A stretch of 64,000 nt of DNA from an uncultured Rickettsiales bacterium. GTDB taxonomy: Bacteria; Myxococcota_A; UBA796; UBA9615; CAYRNR01. The notes beneath the pieces were generated by a model. It worked only from the letters and a program-made list of their open reading frames with translations, was not told the DNA's origin and did not search any database. The DNA lies in NCBI GenBank assembly GCA_964639985.1, contig CAZXHG010000013.1, forward strand, positions 1,597-65,596, given 5' to 3'. Below, piece after piece: positions 44,509 to 50,651 of the stretch (position 1 is the stretch's first letter; every line of letters starts with the position of its first letter). The position numbers and the translations under genes were made by a program.

Positions 44509-45731
44509 GCAAACCCAACCTGATCGTCGGCCTCGACATCGGCACGACCAAGATCGCCGCCATCGTCGGGGAGCAGACGGACCATGGACTGGAGATCGTG
44601 GGGATCGGCACGCACCCGAGCAACGGGCTGCGCAAGGGCGTGGTGATCAACATCGAGTCCACGGTCGACTCCATCCAGAAGGCCGTGGAGGAGGCCGAGC
44701 TGATGGCGGGCGCGGAGATCAGCTCCGTGTTCGTGGGCATCGCGGGCGGTCACATCAAGTCGCTCAACTCCCAGGGCACGGTCGCGATCAAGGACCACGA
44801 GGTCACGGGGCTGGACGTGAGCCGGGTGCTGGACACGGCCCAGGCCGTGGCCATCCCGATGGATCGGGAGCTGATCCACATCATCCCGCAGGAGTACATC
44901 GTCGACGATCTCGAAGGGATCAAGGATCCCCGCGGCATGCGCGGCGTGCGGCTGTCGGCCAAGGTGCACATCGTCACCGGCGCGGTCACGTCGGCCCAGA
45001 ACATCGTCAACTGCTGTAACAAGTCCAGCCTCAACGTGCGTGATATCGTGCTGGAGCAGCTCGCGGCCAGCGAGGCCGCGCTGACCCCGGACGAGCGTGA
45101 CCTCGGCGTGATGCTGGTGGACATCGGCGGCGGGACCACGGACATCGCCATCTTCGTGGACGGGGCCGTGGTGCACACCAGCGTGCTGGCCCTGGGCGGC
45201 GACCACATCACCCACGACATCGCCTACGGGTTGCGCACCCCAGCGACCGAGGCGGAGCGGATCAAGCGCAAGCACGGCTGCGCGCTGGCCGCGATGGTGG
45301 ACGAGGACACCAGCTTCGAGGTGGAGTCCGTGGGCGGGTCGAGGACCCGCACGACCAACAAGACGATCCTGGCGGAGATCATCGAGCCCCGGGTCACGGA
45401 GATCTTCTCCCTGGTCCACCAGGAGCTGGTACGCACTGGTCTGGAGGATCACCTCCCGGCCGGCGTGGTGCTGACCGGCGGCTCGGTCATCCTGCCGGGC
45501 ATGCCCGAGCTCGCCGAGCGAGTGTTCGGCATGCCCGCGCGCAGGGGCAGTCCCCGGGAGACCGGCGGCCTCACCGATGTCATCAACAGCCCGATCTTCG
45601 CGACGGGCGTGGGGCTGGTGAAGTACGGCATGGCGCATGACACCGAGGAGTCGAAGTCGAACGGCGGCTCGCCGTCGATCTACGACTGGATTCGTCGCAC
45701 CATGCAGGGTTGGGTGAAGAAGGCTGTATAG
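44505..45731 (+). CDS. ftsA: Cell division protein FtsA
   Basis: GLDIGTTK, GLRKGVVINI, VDIGGGTTD, AERIK, LTGG, FATGVGL. Confidence 0.98.
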   Translation: MSKPNLIVGLDIGTTKIAAIVGEQTDHGLEIVGIGTHPSNGLRKGVVINIESTVDSIQKAVEEAELMAGAEISSVFVGIAGGHIKSLNSQGTVAIKDHEVTGLDVSRVLDTAQAVAIPMDRELIHIIPQEYIVDDLEGIKDPRGMRGVRLSAKVHIVTGAVTSAQNIVNCCNKSSLNVRDIVLEQLAASEAALTPDERDLGVMLVDIGGGTTDIAIFVDGAVVHTSVLALGGDHITHDIAYGLRTPATEAERIKRKHGCALAAMVDEDTSFEVESVGGSRTRTTNKTILAEIIEPRVTEIFSLVHQELVRTGLEDHLPAGVVLTGGSVILPGMPELAERVFGMPARRGSPRETGGLTDVINSPIFATGVGLVKYGMAHDTEESKSNGGSPSIYDWIRRTMQGWVKKAV

Positions 45732-45790
45732 CTGGAGCTGTAGCAGAGAACAACGCTGACGCACGAGCGAGAACGAGAGCGGGGAACGAG

Positions 45791-47050
45791 ATGACGATTT
45801 CTTTTGCGGACATGCCAGAGGTGAGGCCTCCCACCGATTGCGACGACGTGGTCGTGCTCAAGGTGGTGGGCGTGGGCGGTGGCGGCGGCAACGCGGTCAA
45901 CACGATGGTGGAGTCCGGGCTGAGGGGCGCGGAGTTCATCGCCACCAACACCGACCAGCAGGCGCTGCGAGAGCTGAAGGTCACGCAGAAGGTGCAGCTG
46001 GGGTACGGCATCACCAACGGGCTCGGTGCGGGCGCGCGGCCCGAGGTGGGACGCCAGGCGGCCGAGGAGAGTGTCGAGGAGATCAAGGGGCTGCTGGCGG
46101 GCTCCAACATGGTCTTCGTGACCGCGGGCATGGGCGGCGGTACAGGCACCGGCGCGGCGCCGATCATCGCCCGAGCGGCCAAGGAGGTCGGCGCGCTGAC
46201 CGTGGGCGTGGTCACCAAGCCGTTCAACTTCGAGGGCAAGAAGCGACGCCGGCACGCCGACCAGGGCATCCGCGAGCTGCGCGAGGTGGTGGACACGCTG
46301 ATCGTGATCCCCAACCAGCGGCTGCTGAGCATCGCGGGCGAGAACACCTCGATGAAGGACGCCTTCCGCAAGGCCGACGAGGTGCTGCTGCACGCGGTCA
46401 AGGGGATCGTGGAGCTGATCCAGGTCAAGGGCATCATCAACGTGGACTTCGCGGACGTGCGTACCGTGATGAGCAACCAGGGCCTGGCGCTGATGGGTAT
46501 CGGTTCGGCCAACGGCAAGATGAAGGCCGTGGAGGCCGCGCAGCGCGCCATCTCCAGCCCGCTGCTGGACGAGATCAGCATCACGGGCGCCACCGGCATC
46601 CTGATCAACATCACGGGCAACAGCGACCTCAAGCTCTACGAGGTCAACGAGGCGGCCACGTTGATCCAGGAGGAGGCGGACGAGGACGCGGAGATCATCT
46701 TCGGCTGGGTCATCGACGACACCATGGAGGACGAGGTCCAGGTGACGGTGATCGCCACGGGCTTCGAGGCCGAGGAGCAGGTGGTCAATCCGAGCGCGCC
46801 GCCGCTGAGCGGCGTGTTCCGGCCGGTGCCGCCGCGCACTCAGGCGGTCACACCGTGGGCCGGCGCCAGCGATCCGCTGGACGTGCCGACCGCGGTGCGA
46901 GAGCGGAAGATCACGCAGGAGTACGACAAGCCGCCCCAGGAGGATTCGAGGCTCCTGGAGCGTGACCGGCAGCAGGTGCTGGAACAGCAGGTGCCGCTGG
47001 ACATGGACGAACTGGATCGACCGGCCTACATGCGAAAGATCGCGGACTAG
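45791..47050 (+). CDS. ftsZ: Cell division protein FtsZ
   Basis: GVGGGGGNAVN, GLGAGA, GMGGGTGTG, NVDFADV, C-terminal LDRPAYMRK. Confidence 0.99.
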   Translation: MTISFADMPEVRPPTDCDDVVVLKVVGVGGGGGNAVNTMVESGLRGAEFIATNTDQQALRELKVTQKVQLGYGITNGLGAGARPEVGRQAAEESVEEIKGLLAGSNMVFVTAGMGGGTGTGAAPIIARAAKEVGALTVGVVTKPFNFEGKKRRRHADQGIRELREVVDTLIVIPNQRLLSIAGENTSMKDAFRKADEVLLHAVKGIVELIQVKGIINVDFADVRTVMSNQGLALMGIGSANGKMKAVEAAQRAISSPLLDEISITGATGILINITGNSDLKLYEVNEAATLIQEEADEDAEIIFGWVIDDTMEDEVQVTVIATGFEAEEQVVNPSAPPLSGVFRPVPPRTQAVTPWAGASDPLDVPTAVRERKITQEYDKPPQEDSRLLERDRQQVLEQQVPLDMDELDRPAYMRKIAD

Positions 47051-47210
47051 GACGGTCGGCCAGTAGCATTTGATTTCTGGATCGGGTGGCCAGGCAGAGG
47101 CGGAGCGGGACAAGGGACCCCGGGGAGCAGGTAGATGCTGACGCTGAAGTTGCCGGGCGCAAAGCAGGAGCTGAGATTGACGTAGAAGCTGAGGTTGCCC
47201 CCCGAACCAG

Positions 47211-47249
47211 GGGAAGGACGCTGCGCCGGGCGTCCTTCCCTTTTTATTT
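47211..47249 (+). terminator. Rho-independent terminator of the dcw operon
   Basis: GGGAAGGACGC / GCGTCCTTCCC stem followed by TTTTTATTT. Confidence 0.9.
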
Positions 47250-47261
47250 GTTACATCCGGA

Positions 47262-48194
47262 TCACTCCACGAACGTCAGGTACACGGACCCCCACGTCGT
47301 CTGCGAGCGCAGCTCCACGCACCCCCGGTCGGTCATCACCAGGTCCTGGGTGTAGCGCCGCGTGGTGGCCGAGACCGGGTTGAGCTCGTCGAACACGTCC
47401 ATCGCCCAGATGGCCTGGATCAGGGATGCGGGCACGACCACCGTGCCGAGCGCGTCGTCCACGTCGCACACCAGCTCGGCGGGCAATGCGCCGTGCTGGT
47501 CGCTCTTGTAGATCGTGAAGCGGAACCGCGCGCCGGAGACCTCCCCTGGTGACCAGTCGCAGACGATATCCTCGTGGGCGGTCATGGTCAGCTCCTCGCA
47601 GATCGTCCCCAGAGGGGCGACACCGAGGGTGGTGAGCTCGAACGAGTCGAAATCCGAGCTGCCGGACGCGGCCACGGTGAGGAGGTCTCCGGGTGTGTAG
47701 AGATCGGGGAAGTCCGCGCCGCCGATGTAGACACCGTTGTCGATCTCGTCGAGGGTGAGGGGTGGGTCGGTACCGGTCACCGCCACCGCGCCCACGGAGA
47801 TCACCGCGGGCATGGTCCGGCACTCGTCCCCGAAGCCGCAGTACTCGTCCTCGTCGCATTCAGGCTCGCAGTGGGGAGGGTGATCCCAGCCGTACAGGAC
47901 GCAGTCGCCCTCCCGGTCGAGTTCGTCGAGGATCCAGGGCTCGGGCCCGTCCTCGACCATCCCGCCCACCCAGGTCTCGGGTGGGTTGTCGTCATCCACG
48001 GTCAGGTGGAAGTAGCCCCAGGTGGTGTAGCGGTCACACGCCTCCACGGGCGCGGTCGTGTCGTCGTCGTCGTCGGCCGTGTCGTCGTCGGCCGTGTCGT
48101 CGTCGGCCGCGTCGTCGTCGTCCCCAGCCGTGGTTCCGGCCGGGCATCCGAGGGCGAGCGCGAGGAGCAGCAGCGGGTACGGCGCACGGTGCAT
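47262..48194 (-). CDS. Hypothetical lipoprotein with poly-Asp linker and Cys-rich motif
   Basis: GGAGG RBS; LALGC lipobox; DDDTA repeats; CEPECDEDEYCGFGDEC. Confidence 0.8.
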   Translation of the reverse strand: MHRAPYPLLLLALALGCPAGTTAGDDDDAADDDTADDDTADDDDDTTAPVEACDRYTTWGYFHLTVDDDNPPETWVGGMVEDGPEPWILDELDREGDCVLYGWDHPPHCEPECDEDEYCGFGDECRTMPAVISVGAVAVTGTDPPLTLDEIDNGVYIGGADFPDLYTPGDLLTVAASGSSDFDSFELTTLGVAPLGTICEELTMTAHEDIVCDWSPGEVSGARFRFTIYKSDQHGALPAELVCDVDDALGTVVVPASLIQAIWAMDVFDELNPVSATTRRYTQDLVMTDRGCVELRSQTTWGSVYLTFVE

Positions 48195-48239
48195 GGGTCC
48201 TCCTGCGAGACGCACGGTGGGGGATGCGAAGAGACCGCT

Positions 48240-48450
48240 ACCCCGGGGCTACTCCTCGTCAGACGAACCGGGTGGTTCCGCCGACAGTATCTGGGCGTTT
48301 CGGCAGCAGGAAGAAGGCCCACAGTGTCTGCTTCCACTCCGTCACGGGATTTCCTCCATCGCCTCGTACCCGGGTGAGGATAGCACCCTGTTCGGAGAAG
48401 TGGTGGGCCCGGCACCGCGCACCGGCTACCCTCCATTTCCCCGCGGTGCA
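48240..48450 (-). ncRNA. Candidate structured RNA at the 3' end of the tRNA array, containing a hammerhead-like core
   Basis: Stems GCACCGCG/CGCGGTGC, GGCCCAC/GTGGGCC and GGGTG/CACCC; CCGAAACGCC...GGCG...CTGACGAGG. No family match established. Confidence 0.45.
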
Positions 48451-48526
48451 TGGCAGGCGAGGAAGGACTCGAACCTCCAGCCAACGGTTTTGGAGACCGC
48501 TGCTCTACCATTGGAGCTACTCGCCC
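48451..48526 (-). tRNA. trnW: tRNA-Trp (CCA)
   Basis: Cloverleaf; anticodon loop CT-CCA-AA; G73; encoded CCA end. Confidence 0.95.
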
Positions 48527-48535
48527 GCGATGAGC

Positions 48536-48620
48536 TGGTGGGTCAGGCAGGAATCGAACCTGCAAGCCAGCGGCGGCGGATCTACAGTCCGCTGGGCTCA
48601 CCACACTGCCCAACTGACCC
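48536..48620 (-). tRNA. trnY: tRNA-Tyr (GTA)
   Basis: Loop CT-GTA-GA; variable arm; encoded CCA. Confidence 0.92.
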
Positions 48621-48635
48621 ACGAAAAGGTGAAAC

Positions 48636-48715
48636 TGGTGGGGACGGTCCGGTTCGAACGGACGACCTCCTGGGCCACGACCAGGCGCTCTGACCAGAGA
48701 CTGAGCTACGTCCCC
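48636..48715 (-). tRNA. trnH: tRNA-His (GTG), atypical (C33, A73, no G-1)
   Basis: Loop TC-GTG-GC; acceptor GGGGACG/CGTCCCC; enlarged D-loop; encoded CCA. Confidence 0.8.
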
Positions 48716-48716
48716 G

Positions 48717-48791
48717 TGGCGACTCCCCGGAGATTCGAACTCCGAACCACGCGGTTAACAGCCGCGCGCTCAGCCGTTGAGCTAGGGAGTC
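48717..48791 (-). tRNA. trnN: tRNA-Asn (GTT)
   Basis: Loop CT-GTT-AA; G73; encoded CCA. Confidence 0.93.
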
Positions 48792-48797
48792 ATTTCC

Positions 48798-48874
48798 TGG
48801 TACCGCTGCCCGGACTCGAACCGGGAGCCTCCTGTGTATCAGACAGACGCTCTCGACCATTGAGCTACAGCGGT
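48798..48874 (-). tRNA. trnI: tRNA-Ile (GAT)
   Basis: Loop CT-GAT-AC; A73; encoded CCA. Confidence 0.92.
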
Positions 48875-48879
48875 ACGTG

Positions 48880-48954
48880 TGGAGGCGGCACCCGGACTCG
48901 AACCGGGGATCGAGGAGTTGCAGTCCTCTGCCTTTCCATCTTGGCCATGCCACC
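48880..48954 (-). tRNA. trnC: tRNA-Cys (GCA)
   Basis: Loop CT-GCA-AC; U73; encoded CCA. Confidence 0.93.
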
Positions 48955-48967
48955 TCGGGTACCTTCC

Positions 48968-49042
48968 TGGTCACAGGGGGAGGACTCGAACCTCGCGCTG
49001 GTCCGCTCATGAGACGGACAGGCACATCCCGTGCGCCCTGCG
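48968..49042 (-). tRNA. Atypical tRNA with CAT anticodon (Met/Ile2, possibly degenerate)
   Basis: Loop CT-CAT-GA; T-loop TTCGAGT; shortened D-arm without U8/A14; C-C mismatch at the base of the T-stem; encoded CCA. Confidence 0.6.
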
Positions 49043-49045
49043 ATC

Positions 49046-49121
49046 TGGAGCGGGTAGCCGGACTCGAACCGGCCGCCGTCTGGTTGGAAGCCAGGCGCTC
49101 TACCTGATGAGCTATACCCGC
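49046..49121 (-). tRNA. trnG: tRNA-Gly (TCC)
   Basis: Loop CT-TCC-AA; U73; encoded CCA. Confidence 0.93.
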
Positions 49122-49131
49122 CCGTGGATGA

Positions 49132-49218
49132 TGGTGCCGGAGGCGGGAGTCGAACCCGCACGACCACGAGGGCCACTGCGTCCTGAGCGCAGCGTGTCTG
49201 CCATTTCACCACCCCGGC
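49132..49218 (-). tRNA. trnL: tRNA-Leu (CAG)
   Basis: Loop CT-CAG-GA; long variable arm; encoded CCA. Confidence 0.95.
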
Positions 49219-49242
49219 AATGCCCCCTGTCGGGGGCTGAAC

Positions 49243-49318
49243 TGGAGCGCCCACCGGGAGTCGAACCCGGAATCTACGGATTAAGAGTCCGCCGCTCTAC
49301 CAGCTGAGCCATGGGCGC
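49243..49318 (-). tRNA. trnK: tRNA-Lys (CTT), U73
   Basis: Loop CT-CTT-AA; acceptor GCGCCCA/TGGGCGC; discriminator T; encoded CCA. Confidence 0.92.
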
Positions 49319-49319
49319 G

Positions 49320-49402
49320 TGGCGGGGGTGGGAGTCGAACCCACCTGCCCTCTCGGGACTGGGATATGAGCCCAGTGACCGGCCGTTGGTTCCATCCCCG
49401 CG
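49320..49402 (-). tRNA. Initiator-like tRNA-fMet (CAT) with a long variable arm
   Basis: 5' CGCGGGG, C1-C72 mismatch, GGG/CCC in the anticodon stem, loop CT-CAT-AT, 14-nt variable region CCC-GAGA-GGG; no encoded CCA. Confidence 0.75.
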
Positions 49403-49442
49403 TCATTTTCCTGTTGCACGTCACCTCGGGACTCCGGGCGGG

Positions 49443-49518
49443 TGGCGGGAGCGACGGGGCTCGAACCCGCTGCCTCCGGCTCGACAGGCCGGCGTCCTTC
49501 CTCCAGGACCTCGCCCCC
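49443..49518 (-). tRNA. trnD: tRNA-Asp (GTC)
   Basis: Loop CT-GTC-GA; G73; encoded CCA; first gene of the array. Confidence 0.92.
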
Positions 49519-49531
49519 GTAGCCACCCGGA

Positions 49532-49572
49532 CGTTCGTGTGACGCGCGATGAACGGTGTATTCGGTTGTCAA
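49532..49572 (-). promoter_or_regulatory. Putative tRNA-array promoter: consensus -35 with non-consensus -10 flanked by an inverted repeat
   Basis: TTGACA at 49572-49567; the 17-nt-spaced hexamer is TCGCGC; inverted repeat CGTTCGT (49532-38) / ATGAACG (49549-55). Confidence 0.4.
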
Positions 49573-49601
49573 AGTCCGCGTCGCCCGTGCCGGCCGGAAC
49601 G

Positions 49602-49634
49602 AAAAAAGCCGGACTGCCTTTCGGCGGCCCGGCT
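49602..49634 (-). terminator. Rho-independent terminator upstream of the tRNA array
   Basis: AGCCGGGCCGCC-GAAA-GGCAGTCCGGCT followed by a T run on the minus strand. Confidence 0.88.
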
Positions 49635-49660
49635 CCTGGTCATCGTCTGTGTCGATTCGC

Positions 49661-49792
49661 CTAGCCGGGCCCTGCCTCCTCGAGGTCGCAACCGTCGATC
49701 AGGTGGACGTAGGCCATGTTCCACCCGAACGCACTGCTCCCCGTGGCCTTTGCAGGCATCGGGTTCTCGGCAGAGGCGGTCGGTGATGACAT
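49661..49792 (-). CDS. Small ORF, 43 aa (MSSPTASAENPMPAKATGSSAFGWNMAYVHLIDGCDLEEAGPG)
   Basis: GGAGGAG RBS about 10 nt upstream; terminator 27 nt downstream of the stop. Confidence 0.55.
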   Translation of the reverse strand: MSSPTASAENPMPAKATGSSAFGWNMAYVHLIDGCDLEEAGPG

Positions 49793-49898
49793 GGAAATCG
49801 GTCTCCTCCAGCCCCACGCGGGGCCCGGTTCTGCCGGTACATTCAGGCCTTTTCTCGCGCCACAGGAACGAGAGGAGGAGGAGGGGCGGGGGAGGGGC

Positions 49899-50516
49899 TC
49901 AGCCGAGCCCGTCCCAGCGGTCCAGTCGGACCTGGATGGCCGTCTCCGGTTCACCGAGGAAGGTCGCGAGGTCGGCGAGCGTGTACTCGTGGTCCCACAC
50001 ACCCTGGTACACGCGGGCGTCCACGATGCCGTCGTTGGACGCGTCCGCGAACAGCTCGTCGAGCGTGGGACGGTGGTCGAACCGCGGTGTCTCGCCGGTG
50101 GACGTGCCGAAGGTGCGGATGTTCTCCTCACGCGTCTGGCGGGCCCGAACGTGGCGCAGGCGGGGGAGGGAGGAGAAGTCGCCCGACAGCAGGTCGGCCG
50201 CGTACCGCGCCGTGAGGTCGGCGAGGCGATCGAGCACGTCGTCCTCGTCTTCACCGGAATGCGAGACGAGCTCGCCCTCACGCTGGGGGGCCCGGTCGCC
50301 GACCACCTGCTTGAGCCCGAACTGTTCGCCGCCCACGGGCCCGATGGTGACATAGGGATCACAGCCAGCGCCGAGCATCACCCTGAGCTCCACGGTGGTG
50401 CTGATGAAACAGACGACAGCTTCGCGTTGCCAGATCCGAGGTTCAACGGGCCGCAGCCCATGGTCGGCCGCGACTGCCGTGAACCTCTTCGTGGCTTCAC
50501 CTGCGCTCCGTTGCAT
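49899..50516 (-). CDS. Hypothetical protein with probable C-terminal helix-turn-helix
   Basis: RPTLDELF...YTLADLATFLG.PETAIQVRL resembles the C-terminal HTH of REP-associated tyrosine transposases, but no HUH catalytic motif is visible. Confidence 0.6.
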   Translation of the reverse strand: MQRSAGEATKRFTAVAADHGLRPVEPRIWQREAVVCFISTTVELRVMLGAGCDPYVTIGPVGGEQFGLKQVVGDRAPQREGELVSHSGEDEDDVLDRLADLTARYAADLLSGDFSSLPRLRHVRARQTREENIRTFGTSTGETPRFDHRPTLDELFADASNDGIVDARVYQGVWDHEYTLADLATFLGEPETAIQVRLDRWDGLG

Positions 50517-50565
50517 GGTCTCGTTTCCTGACAGCTCCCGAACGCGAGGGCACAGGTCCTGTGAC

Positions 50566-50593
50566 TACCATTTCGCGAGCGGCCGAAATGGTA
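50566..50593. repeat. Perfect 10-bp inverted repeat TACCATTTCG-N8-CGAAATGGTA
   Basis: Read directly; 50 bp upstream of ATG 50516; no U-tract. Confidence 0.6.
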
Positions 50594-50651
50594 ATGGAAA
50601 GTGCCTGACCCCTCTCTCAGTACATTCAGGCCGTCCTCATGAAAGTGCTCT

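Noticed and set aside
48061-48120. (GTC)n / GTCGTCGTCGGCCGT tandem repeats as contingency loci
   Set aside because: The unit lengths are multiples of three and encode Asp-rich linkers, so slippage would not switch the frame.
48321-48360. GAGGAAATCCC and GGAAGCAG resemble RNase P and SRP RNA motifs
   Set aside because: The remaining conserved elements (RNase P P4 3' strand, SRP CAGG loop) are absent.
49700-49717. MAYVH matches the biarylitide precursor pattern MxYxH
   Set aside because: The ORF continues 13 codons past His, this Met has no separate RBS, and no cytochrome P450 is adjacent.
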